DNA from: Candidatus Calypsonella navitae
GTDB lineage: Archaea; Thermoproteota; Thermoprotei_A; Sulfolobales; Acidilobaceae
DNA: 64,000 nucleotides
Direction of reading: 5' to 3'
Assembly (NCBI GenBank): GCA_035175045.1
Contig: WWDU01000026.1
Coordinates: 61,793-125,792 of the forward strand
Of the stretch, positions 8,387 to 16,118 are shown piece after piece. Numbering within the stretch: position 1 is the first letter of the stretch; the number at the start of each line of letters is the position of its first letter. The notes below the pieces were generated by a model. The model worked only from the letters and a program-made list of their open reading frames with translations, was not told where the DNA came from and did no database searches. The position numbers were made by a program, and so were the translations under genes.

Positions 8387-9409
8387 CTATTGTTTGGCCA
8401 GCGCTGCCTTGGCTGCTTCTCTTAGTTCTATGACGTTTATTGTGGCCTCCACTAGGTCTCTACTGTAGGCTGCTATCCTCCTTATGCTGTCTAGTATGGC
8501 TGTTGCATCGGGTAAGTACGCCGTGGCTAGGATGCTCGCCCGCGCCTTCTCCTCGGCTGCCTTGAAGGTGTCGGTTAGCGTTATCGCCTTGTAGGCGCTG
8601 GCCCTGTCCATCTCGAGGAAGGCTCTCGCTGAGTGGTCGAATATCCCGCGTGCGCTCTCGTATAGTTCTACTAGGTCGTCGCTCACCACTGCCTCCCTCC
8701 TGGTCTCCTTTAGTATTGAGGATATCATGACTGCGTGGTCCGCCACCCTCTCTATGCTCTTGGCTGCTATGACCTTGTAGAGTATCTCGGGTAACGATAC
8801 CACTCCGGCGTCGCTCGGCGCTAGCTCGCCCTGTAGGAGCATGGAGAGCTGCCTCATTATGAGTAGGAAGAACTTGTCTACGACTGTGTCCCTCTCTATG
8901 ATGCTCTCCAGGATCGCCTCATCGCCCCTCCGGAGTGCCTGGGAGAGGTTGGCTAGCATGGAGCGTGTCACGCCGACCATGCGCTCGAACGCCTTGCCTA
9001 TGCTTATCGTCGGCGGCCCCGCGAGCGTGTAGAGCACTATCCTCCCGTAATCCTCCTCGAGGACCTCCAGGCCTAGGGCCCTCTTCCTCGCCTCCTCCAC
9101 CAGCGCGGCGACCACCCTGGGGTCGGCGTCCCTATACTCCACCTCTATCCTGTTATACCCCGCCAGGTAGGCCGCTAGAACCTCGGTCACGAGGAGGTTC
9201 AGGGACTCCCCCGTGACCCTGATGACCCTGCCAGCCTCCCTCCTCGAGGCGTCGGCCTGGGGCCTGACTAGGAGGCTGCCATCGGGCATCTTCTCTAGGA
9301 GGACCTCGGAGCCGGGCTTGAGGCCCCAAGCCAGGGCCCAGTCCTTCGGGAGCGAGACTATGAAGGTAGACCTACCCGTCACCTGGACCCTGCGCCTCTG
9401 GACGGCCAA
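8387..9409 (-). CDS. AbrB/SpoVT-type DNA-binding domain fused to tandem PhoU repeats (archaeal phosphate uptake regulator)
   Basis: N-terminus RRVQVTGRSTFIVSLPKDWALAWGLKPGSEV is a swapped-hairpin AbrB/SpoVT motif. It is followed by PhoU-like helices (ERVADHAVMI). TTG start preceded by CTAAATAG at 9440-9447. Confidence 0.75.
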   Translation of the reverse strand: MAVQRRRVQVTGRSTFIVSLPKDWALAWGLKPGSEVLLEKMPDGSLLVRPQADASRREAGRVIRVTGESLNLLVTEVLAAYLAGYNRIEVEYRDADPRVVAALVEEARKRALGLEVLEEDYGRIVLYTLAGPPTISIGKAFERMVGVTRSMLANLSQALRRGDEAILESIIERDTVVDKFFLLIMRQLSMLLQGELAPSDAGVVSLPEILYKVIAAKSIERVADHAVMISSILKETRREAVVSDDLVELYESARGIFDHSARAFLEMDRASAYKAITLTDTFKAAEEKARASILATAYLPDATAILDSIRRIAAYSRDLVEATINVIELREAAKAALAKQ

Positions 9410-9450
9410 GCTCCCTCGAGCCCCGTGGCCTCCGGGGGCTCTATTTAGCG

Positions 9451-10077
9451 CTATATAGTCACGCCGGCCTCTCCTATAGCTCTCAGTGTCTCCCTGGCAA
9501 TGTATGTGGCGTGGTCGGCCACCCTCTCGAGCTGGCGTAGCACGACTGCCTCCAGCGCCTCGTCCCTCGGGACGCTCTCCCTAGACGCTATCCTCTTCAG
9601 GCTATGCCTGTAGAGCTCGTCTACCCGCGAGTCCAGCTCCTCGAGGCCCCGGGCCAGCTCCGCCCTCCCGGTTGTGAAGGCCTTGAAGGCCCTCTCAACC
9701 ATCTCGCGGGCCCTCCGCGTGGCCTCGAGGGAGGCCTCGCCTAGCCTCGTGTTGGGTGCGAGCTCTAGTGTCATCATTATCTCATTCGCGTACCTGGTTA
9801 TCCTGAATAGGTCATAGGAGACCTTAATCATGGACTCGACGTAGAGGAGTATCCTCCCGAGGGGCTGCCATTTGGCTATGAAGAACAGGGCCTCACTGTA
9901 TATCGTGTCCTTGAGGTGCTCGGCCAGCGCCGCTAGGGCAGTGAGGTCCCTGGCCCCCGAGGAGCCGGCGAGCGCCGCCTCGACGGCGTCCATCGCCTCG
10001 AGTGAGAGCTTGAAGAGCCTCTGGAGGTTGCCCCTCATGTGCTCGATGTCCTCCTCCCTCGATGTTACCTCCTCCAC
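9451..10077 (-). CDS. phoU: PhoU family phosphate transport system regulator
   Basis: 208 aa with two PhoU repeats (ERVADHATYIARE). The GTG start shares one nucleotide with the pstB stop (TAGTG junction). Confidence 0.8.
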   Translation of the reverse strand: MEEVTSREEDIEHMRGNLQRLFKLSLEAMDAVEAALAGSSGARDLTALAALAEHLKDTIYSEALFFIAKWQPLGRILLYVESMIKVSYDLFRITRYANEIMMTLELAPNTRLGEASLEATRRAREMVERAFKAFTTGRAELARGLEELDSRVDELYRHSLKRIASRESVPRDEALEAVVLRQLERVADHATYIARETLRAIGEAGVTI

Positions 10078-10838
10078 TACAGCTCGCCCCTGAAGAACTT
10101 CTCTGTTAGGGGGTTACGTGGGTTGAGGGCTACCTCCCTCGAGGGCCCCTGCTCCACCACCCTGCCCCCGTAGAGGAATACTATGTACTCTGAGACCCTA
10201 ACGGCCTGGGAGGGCATGTGTGTCACGAACACGGCGGTGAGGCCCTCCTCCCTCACGAGGCCCCTGATGGCCTCCTCTATCTTCACAGCGTTGACGGGGT
10301 CCACATTCGCCGTGGGCTCGTCTAGTAGCAGGATCCTGGGCTTCAGGGCCAGGGCCCTGGCGAGGGATAGCCTCTGCCTCTGACCCCCGCTCAGCTTCAT
10401 TGGCGAGGAGTCGAGGCGGTCCTTCACCTCGTCCCATAGCATGGCCTTCTCGAGGGCCCACCTCACTATCTCGTCTAGCTCCCTCTTGGTCCTCGCGAGG
10501 CCGTGGAGCCTCGGGCCTATCGCTACGTTATCGTATATGCTTAGGTGGGGGAAGGGGTTGGGCTCCTGGAAGACCATCGCCACGATCCTCCTGACCTCGT
10601 AGGGCTCCATCTCGTAGACGCTCCTACCGTAGACCCTGACGTCGCCCTCGACCCTGGCCTCCGGGTTGAGGTCGAGGAGCCTGTTTATGGCCCTCAGGAG
10701 GGTCGACTTACCGGTCCCACTAGGCCCCATCACAGCTGTTACCGCTGCCTCGGGGAACCTAACGGTGACCCCCCTCAGGATCTCCTTGCCCGAGAGCCAC
10801 ACGTGAAGGTCCCGTACCTCGAGTGCGTACGTGGCCAC
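10077..10838 (-). CDS. pstB: Phosphate ABC transporter ATP-binding protein
   Basis: Walker A GPSGTGKST, signature LSGGQRQRL, Walker B ILLLDEPT and the PstB-typical FQEPNPFP. Trimmed to the GTG at 10838, which forms a TAGTG junction with the pstA stop. The ORF track extends to 11006. Confidence 0.9.
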   Translation of the reverse strand: MATYALEVRDLHVWLSGKEILRGVTVRFPEAAVTAVMGPSGTGKSTLLRAINRLLDLNPEARVEGDVRVYGRSVYEMEPYEVRRIVAMVFQEPNPFPHLSIYDNVAIGPRLHGLARTKRELDEIVRWALEKAMLWDEVKDRLDSSPMKLSGGQRQRLSLARALALKPRILLLDEPTANVDPVNAVKIEEAIRGLVREEGLTAVFVTHMPSQAVRVSEYIVFLYGGRVVEQGPSREVALNPRNPLTEKFFRGEL

Positions 10839-11704
10839 TACATCCTCACCTCCCGGACGATCAGACGGGCTGCTACCATAACAGTCACGACTATGAGCAT
10901 TAGCACGAGGGCGGCGCCCCAGGCCAGCTCCCGGGCTGCCTGGTATGGCATCTGGATGAACTGGTATATCATGAGGGGCACGGCGCCCCCCTCCCTTAGG
11001 AGGCATAGGTGGTAGCCCTCGTAGGCGCCTCCTATTGTGAAGAGTAGAGGCGCCGTCTCCCCGGCGGCCCTGGCCAGGCCTATGAGCAGGCCAACCAGGA
11101 TCCCCCTCCTAGCAGCTGGCGCTATGAGGGCGTAGACCGTAGTGGTCCTCGGGGCTCCCATGCTGTAGGCGGCCTCCCTGACACCCTCCGGCACCTGGCG
11201 GAGCGCCTCGCTCGCCTGCACGACAAGGTACGGTAGCACCACTATCGCGAGCGCCGCAGCGCCCGCGAGCATGTTGTACCTGCCGACTAGGTGGTCTACC
11301 AGGACCGCATACACTGTTAGACCCACGAGTATCGTGGGGAACTCAACGAGAGTAAGGGCTAGTAGAAGCGTCGCCCTACTAAGCCTTGAGCCCCTCAGCT
11401 CTGAGATCAGCACGGCGGCGGGCAGCGCTATCAGCGTGGCCCCGGCAGCCGTGAGGGCCGCCAGCTCCAGGGTGCCGAGGAGGGCGGGCCCTATGCCCCC
11501 GGGGTCGCTGGGGTCGAAGGGGTGAGGTGACTCCGTGAGGAACCTGCGGAGCCCTATCCTAGCTATGGCCTCGCCGCCCTTGAGCGCCACGAGGTAGAGT
11601 ATGTGCAGGAGAGGCGCCACAGCGAGGCCCGCTAGCGTGACTAGAACCGCCAGGCCAGCGTAGTTCCACATCTTCCTGGCCAGCATCCTCCTAGGCCCTC
11701 GCAA
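10838..11704 (-). CDS. pstA: Phosphate ABC transporter permease PstA
   Basis: Polytopic membrane protein with the EAA-type loop EAAYSMGAPR. Sits between pstC and pstB. Confidence 0.85.
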   Translation of the reverse strand: MRGPRRMLARKMWNYAGLAVLVTLAGLAVAPLLHILYLVALKGGEAIARIGLRRFLTESPHPFDPSDPGGIGPALLGTLELAALTAAGATLIALPAAVLISELRGSRLSRATLLLALTLVEFPTILVGLTVYAVLVDHLVGRYNMLAGAAALAIVVLPYLVVQASEALRQVPEGVREAAYSMGAPRTTTVYALIAPAARRGILVGLLIGLARAAGETAPLLFTIGGAYEGYHLCLLREGGAVPLMIYQFIQMPYQAARELAWGAALVLMLIVVTVMVAARLIVREVRM

Positions 11705-12674
11705 TCCCCATCCCCTCCTCCCACTTCCTCATGTACCAGACGGCGGCTAGGTTCACGGCCAAGCCTATCGCGAAGATGACCAGGCCCCCGACGAAGAGGG
11801 CGCTCGTCATGTAGTGGTAGAACCCTGCGTTCCCGAACTGCGAGGCTATGAGGCTCGACACCGTCACGCCGGAGTCCGTCACCGAGGGCGTTATCGTGTA
11901 GCCGTTGCCCACAACCAGGCTCACGGCGACGGTCTCGCCTATGGCTCGGGCGAAGGCGAGGGCGAGGCCAGCTACGATGCTGGGCTTCACCATGCCCAGC
12001 AGGATCCTTATGGCCTCGAATCTCGTGGCTCCTATGGCGTATGCCGCCTCCCTGATGCTGTAGGGTATCATAGAGTAGGACTCCCTTATCACAGCGGCGG
12101 CGTAGGGGGTACTCATCACAGCTAGCAGGACCCCCGCAGTGGCTATCGTGTAGCCCGAGACGGGGTGCTTCGAGAAGAATGGGAGCCACGAGAGGTGCCT
12201 GCTTAGCCAGGCCAGGACGGGGTACATATGGGGGGCGAGGTATGCCAGCCCCCAGAGCCCGTAGATTATCGTAGGCGTCGCCGCCATGAGGTCGGTTAGC
12301 ATTGCGAGGGCGCCCCGGAGCCTGGGCGGCGTCAGCTCTTCGAGTACCACTGCCAGGGAGACGGCCAGGGGGGCCGCGAGTAGCACAGCTATAACGCTGG
12401 TGTAGAGGCTCCCGAATATCGCTGGCGCAAGGCCGTACCACTCCCTCGAGGGGGCTCCCTCGACTGCCTGCCAGGCGGAGTCTGTGAACACGTGCAGGCC
12501 TTCCCGCCTCAGGATAGGGATTGAGTAGGCCGTGAACACCGCTAGCATCGAGAGTATTACGAGTAATAACAGCAGCGACGCCGGTAGGTGTAGGAGCACG
12601 AACCTCTCGTCGTCCTTGCTCCTGAGCCCTCCGAGGCCTAGGATGCGCTGGAGCCTCCTATCCACCGGCCCCAC
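11691..12674 (-). CDS. pstC: Phosphate ABC transporter permease PstC
   Basis: Polytopic membrane protein with the loop EAAYAIGATRFE. Overlaps pstA by 14 nt and pstS by 17 nt. Confidence 0.85.
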   Translation of the reverse strand: MGPVDRRLQRILGLGGLRSKDDERFVLLHLPASLLLLLVILSMLAVFTAYSIPILRREGLHVFTDSAWQAVEGAPSREWYGLAPAIFGSLYTSVIAVLLAAPLAVSLAVVLEELTPPRLRGALAMLTDLMAATPTIIYGLWGLAYLAPHMYPVLAWLSRHLSWLPFFSKHPVSGYTIATAGVLLAVMSTPYAAAVIRESYSMIPYSIREAAYAIGATRFEAIRILLGMVKPSIVAGLALAFARAIGETVAVSLVVGNGYTITPSVTDSGVTVSSLIASQFGNAGFYHYMTSALFVGGLVIFAIGLAVNLAAVWYMRKWEEGMGIARA

Positions 12675-13779
12675 CCCCGCACTCGATGAGCTTTGAAGCG
12701 TTGAGCGCTACCTCCCTGAGCTGGGGTGGGAGTGGCGCGTACCCCGTGGGCACGTGCTCCTGGCCGGGTCCTGCTATGTACTCTATGAAGCTCCGGAGCG
12801 CCTCGCACTTGGCCTTGTCGGGTTGGATGCGCCATAGGATCATGAATGTCTGCCCAACTATCGGGTAGGCCTTCGGGGTTGAGTTGGAGTAGATGGCTTC
12901 GTACACGTAGGTGGACCAGTCGCCCAGGGGTGAGGGGGCGGGCCTGCCGGTGTAGGCGGCCTCTACGGACTCCCTGGTGGGGGCGACGAATGCCCCGTAC
13001 GGGTTCTCGATGCGGGCTATAGGTAGCCCTCTGCTCAGGGCGTAGGACCACTCGATATAGCCTATGGAGTAGGGGGTGTGCTGTATGGCGTTGGCGACGC
13101 CCGGGTTACCCTGCTCGCCCAGCCCCCTGCCCGTGGCGTCGACTGGCCACGAGACGACCTTGCCCACCAGGCTCTCGGGCCAGAGGCCCCCACTGGCCTT
13201 GTAGAGGAACGTGGTGAATATCTGGGTCGTACCGCTGGCGTCGCTCCTGTGGACAGCTATGATGGGCTTATGGGGTAGCCTCGATGCGACCGCTGGGTTC
13301 AACTCCTTTATGCGAGGATCGTCCCAGTACACTATCCTGCCTAGGTAGATGCCAGCTAGGATCCTCGCTGAGAGGTTCAGCTGGGCCGAGCCTATCTCCG
13401 GCACGTTGTAGGTCACAACGATGGCTCCGAGTATAACGGGGAACTGGAGGATCCTCCCCCGATAAGCCTGGAGGGCACTCCTCTTCAGGGGTGGATCGCT
13501 GCACGCGAAGTCCACCTTACCGCCCAGTATATCCTCTTGGCCCTTGCCACTACCGCCACCCACATAGTTGACACTCACGCCCGGGTGACTTTCCTGGAAG
13601 CCCCTAATCCAGGCAACCATCGCTGGCTCGACGAATGTTGACCCGCTTCCGAAGAGGACTACACTCCTCTCCACCCTACAGGCGACGGCGCCAGCCGCTA
13701 GGGTGGCGAGTAAGACGAGGAGGGCGGCTGCGAGCCATCGCTGCATGCCTAGTAGCCTCTGCATTCCCGCGGCTCCCAC
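12658..13779 (-). CDS. pstS: Phosphate-binding protein PstS (secreted/lipid-anchored)
   Basis: Hydrophobic signal sequence (WLAAALLVLLATLAAGAVAC), then GSGSTF and SDASGTT, which are typical of PstS. The start could instead be an internal ATG (13764 or 13746). Confidence 0.85.
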   Translation of the reverse strand: MGAAGMQRLLGMQRWLAAALLVLLATLAAGAVACRVERSVVLFGSGSTFVEPAMVAWIRGFQESHPGVSVNYVGGGSGKGQEDILGGKVDFACSDPPLKRSALQAYRGRILQFPVILGAIVVTYNVPEIGSAQLNLSARILAGIYLGRIVYWDDPRIKELNPAVASRLPHKPIIAVHRSDASGTTQIFTTFLYKASGGLWPESLVGKVVSWPVDATGRGLGEQGNPGVANAIQHTPYSIGYIEWSYALSRGLPIARIENPYGAFVAPTRESVEAAYTGRPAPSPLGDWSTYVYEAIYSNSTPKAYPIVGQTFMILWRIQPDKAKCEALRSFIEYIAGPGQEHVPTGYAPLPPQLREVALNASKLIECGGGAGG

Positions 13780-13840
13780 GGGAAGGCCTAGTCCATGACT
13801 TCTAATGCATTCACAATAGAGGATATTGAGTCGTGCCTAC

Positions 13841-13870
13841 GCTATATACCACTCTAGGGAGGTATATAGT
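13841..13870. promoter_or_regulatory. 9-bp perfect inverted repeat CTATATACC-N10-GGTATATAG (two opposed TATA-like boxes) upstream of pstS
   Basis: Arms at 13842-13850 and 13861-13869, read directly from the sequence. Lies 60-90 nt upstream of the pstS start and ~80 nt downstream of the tRNA-Pro 3' end. Confidence 0.45.
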
Positions 13871-13945
13871 GAGCTATCCCGGGGGCCTCTGTAGAGTCCA
13901 GTATGCTTGTCGTCGGCTGAGTAGTGCTCGGGCTTGAGGATTTGG

Positions 13946-14057
13946 TGGTGGGCCCGCGGGGATTTGAACCCCGGACCACGGGGTCCCGAGTCGGGCGCTG
14001 GCCCCCTCCTCGGGGCCCGGCGTACCCCGCATCCTAGCCAGGCTAGACGACGGGCCC
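13946..14057 (-). tRNA. tRNA-Pro (anticodon CGG) with ~34-nt intron at a non-canonical position (at or near 31/32-32/33); CCA encoded
   Basis: Minus strand: GGGCCCG acceptor, D arm GTCTAGCCTGGCTAGGAT, CGGGG | TACGCC...GCCCGA | CUCGGGA CCCCG, T arm CGGGGTTCAAATCCCCG, discriminator A. TTAAAA box about 33 nt upstream. Confidence 0.8.
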
Positions 14058-14182
14058 CCTCGAGGCTGGGTTGGTTGTTGGGGGTTTTAACCATTCGCCA
14101 TGACATGGCGCTTCACCGGGTCTTGGCTGGGCAAGCTTATAGGCTCTAATCGTCTATAGTCGAATGCGGGGGTCTCCAGGGT

Positions 14183-14935
14183 TTGGCTGAGCCTGCAGGA
14201 TTAGGCTTCGCCGATGACTATGTAGTCTACTACATAGCCAGGAGAATGGCAGGCGACATAGTGTTATCCCATGACACCGGGTCTGCCCTGAGGAAGTGGA
14301 GGGAGTACTTCGGGGTAACGCAGAGCAGGCTGGCTAGGAGCATGGGAATATCGACTAGTGTCATAAGCGACTACGAGAAGGGCAGGAGGCTCCCGGGCGC
14401 GAGGTTTATTCAGAGGTTCGTTAGGACGCTCATAGAGATAGACCTTCAAGCTGGCGGCCACCGCATAAGGAGGCTTGCTAGGAGCATCGGCGCGCCTCCG
14501 GGGGCCGTTATTGATATGAGGGAGTTCGAGAGGCCGCTCAGCATAAGCGAGCTGGCGGAGGCGGTGAGGGGAACCATACTGGCGCCCGAGTTCCCCGTAG
14601 AGAGGCGGGTCTACGGCTACACCGTGGTGGACAGTATCAAGGCCATAATAAGCCTGTCGGGCGTCCAGTTCTACAGCCTCTTAGGCTCCACTGTTGATAG
14701 GGCGATAGTCTTCACGGGGGTCCGCCTAGGCCGCAGCCCCCTCGTGGCCGTGAGGGTCTCACCAGTGAAGCCCAGCGTGGTAGTCATACACGGGCCTCGG
14801 GGCCACGTTGACCCCCTGGCCATAGAGCTGGCGAAGCTCGAGGGTGTACCCCTCATACTGAGCTTAGCTAGGAGTGTAGACGAGCTTGTGGCATCGCTAC
14901 GCGCCGCTGCCCATGGAGCCGAGCCTGTCTCCTAG
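14183..14935 (+). CDS. XRE-family helix-turn-helix transcriptional regulator with uncharacterised C-terminal domain
   Basis: LRKWREYFGVTQSRLARSMGISTSVISDYEKGRR is a classic XRE/Cro HTH. 250 aa, TTG start, CTTATAGG box ~45 nt upstream. Confidence 0.6.
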   Translation: MAEPAGLGFADDYVVYYIARRMAGDIVLSHDTGSALRKWREYFGVTQSRLARSMGISTSVISDYEKGRRLPGARFIQRFVRTLIEIDLQAGGHRIRRLARSIGAPPGAVIDMREFERPLSISELAEAVRGTILAPEFPVERRVYGYTVVDSIKAIISLSGVQFYSLLGSTVDRAIVFTGVRLGRSPLVAVRVSPVKPSVVVIHGPRGHVDPLAIELAKLEGVPLILSLARSVDELVASLRAAAHGAEPVS

Positions 14936-14942
14936 GGGCGGG

Positions 14943-15314
14943 CTACTGGCTGCCCCCCGAGGCGCCTTGGAGCTTGAGTATGGCCGCCGCTATGTCGCCA
15001 CCTGTCTCCTCGAGGGCGCGCCTCGCCTCCTCCGGGCTCACGCCAGCTTGCTCCGCCACGAGGGCCACGTCCTCCTCGCTGATCTCGGGAGCCTCCCCAG
15101 CCTCGCTCTTAGTCTCGACGCGGACAGGCTCCCCAACCACGTATATCATGGGCGGCTGTCCCTTAGCCTTTATGAGGAGCACGGCCTGGGGCTCCTCGAC
15201 AAGAAGGGCAGTACCATCATCTAACTCCAAGTGGACCTTGACGGCCCTTAGCTCCTCGACCTCAAGGCCCATGCGTCTCATGGCCCTCTTGAGGTCGCGG
15301 GGCCTGAAACTCAT
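14943..15314 (-). CDS. nac: Nascent polypeptide-associated complex protein (NAC alpha homolog, NAC + UBA domains)
   Basis: MSFRPRDLKRAMRRMGL N-terminus, NAC beta-barrel segment and C-terminal UBA-like VAEQAGVSPEEARRALEETGGDIAAAILKL. Trimmed to the ATG at 15314 because a TATA box lies at 15353-15361. Confidence 0.85.
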   Translation of the reverse strand: MSFRPRDLKRAMRRMGLEVEELRAVKVHLELDDGTALLVEEPQAVLLIKAKGQPPMIYVVGEPVRVETKSEAGEAPEISEEDVALVAEQAGVSPEEARRALEETGGDIAAAILKLQGASGGSQ

Positions 15315-15352
15315 CACGGCAGCGCCACCGGTGCGAGCCATATTACTCCAGC

Positions 15353-15361
15353 CCCTATTAT
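15353..15361. promoter_or_regulatory. Shared divergent TATA-like box CTATTATAG
   Basis: Lies ~23-30 nt upstream of the ATG at 15384 (plus, near-leaderless) and ~40 nt upstream of the nac ATG at 15314 (minus). Confidence 0.4.
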
Positions 15362-15383
15362 AGTGGCCCTGGGGAGCGGGGCC

Positions 15384-15677
15384 ATGGAGGCTGCTCGGGA
15401 GCGGCTGGATGAGGCCGTAAGGAGGGCTATTGATAGGTATAACGCCTACAGGGCCCCCGAGGCTAGGGCTGAGTTAGTCTCACTTAGCGGTAGGAAGCTT
15501 GTCGTAAGGATAAGTGGCTCCTTCACTGAGACATGCGGTGTTAACGACTGGATCGAGGACCTGGTGTACACGCTCGAGGATGAGGGTGTGAAGGCTAGGA
15601 TAGTTAAGATAATAGAGCCGGAGAACCCCCTCGACCTCGGCTGGGAGAGGACTGTGATCCTCGAGGTCGAGGCCTGA
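15384..15677 (+). CDS. Hypothetical small protein
   Basis: 97 aa from the ATG at 15384 (ORF track start 15363). Protein-like composition, no recognised motif. Confidence 0.4.
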   Translation: MEAARERLDEAVRRAIDRYNAYRAPEARAELVSLSGRKLVVRISGSFTETCGVNDWIEDLVYTLEDEGVKARIVKIIEPENPLDLGWERTVILEVEA

Positions 15678-15685
15678 CGTGTGGG

Positions 15686-15761
15686 TAGGGCCTGCTGATG
15701 AGCTCGGCGTACCCGAGGCCCCTAGGGGCCTGTGAGGAGGGTCTTGAGTGCTGAGGCCCTA
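15686..15761 (+). ncRNA. Candidate box C/D sRNA (candidate A)
   Basis: 7-bp terminal stem TAGGGCC/GGCCCTA. C box cTGATGA 15695-15701, D'-like CCGA 15713-15716, self-complementary linker GGCCCCTAGGGGCC, C'-like GTGAGGA 15732-15738. Exactly 12 nt to D box CTGA 15751-15754. Confidence 0.6.
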
Positions 15762-15810
15762 CGCCCGCCTTGCCTAGACTGATTAACCCGCAGGCCCTGT
15801 TACCTACTGG

Positions 15811-16113
15811 ATGCCGAAGGTGACTGGAGTGGCCCGGAAGGGTAAGTCTGTCGAGGAGCTGATCCGCGAGTTGCTGGCCCGCAGGAACCCTCATGGCTAC
15901 TATGTTATACCCGTCAAGCTAGACGGCGTGAACGAGGTGGCCTCCGGGGTTGAGGGGGTTGTAGTGGAGGAGATAGGCGACATAGCCCTCGTCATGGTTA
16001 GGAGCCGTAGGGAGGCTGAGCGCATAGCCCGTCAGGCCCTGGCTAAGGGCTTGCTGGCCCTTGAGGGCGAGGATGTAGAGGAGGCTGAGGAGAAGCTCTC
16101 AGGCGAGTTCTAG
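15811..16113 (+). CDS. Hypothetical small acidic protein
   Basis: 100-aa ORF with ATG start and CTGATTAACCC ~25-30 nt upstream. No recognised motif. Confidence 0.4.
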   Translation: MPKVTGVARKGKSVEELIRELLARRNPHGYYVIPVKLDGVNEVASGVEGVVVEEIGDIALVMVRSRREAERIARQALAKGLLALEGEDVEEAEEKLSGEF

Positions 16114-16118
16114 CGGGG

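Noticed and set aside
13870-13920. GUGAGCU ... CUGA pair between tRNA-Pro and pstS, plus strand
   Set aside because: The C-like box is poor (5/7), no C' box lies 12 nt before the CUGA, and there is no terminal stem.
15604-15894. 96-aa minus-strand ORF spanning the gap that holds sRNA candidate A
   Set aside because: It has Arg/Pro/Ser-rich composition and overlaps two plus-strand ORF ends. The region is better explained by the C/D box RNA on the plus strand.
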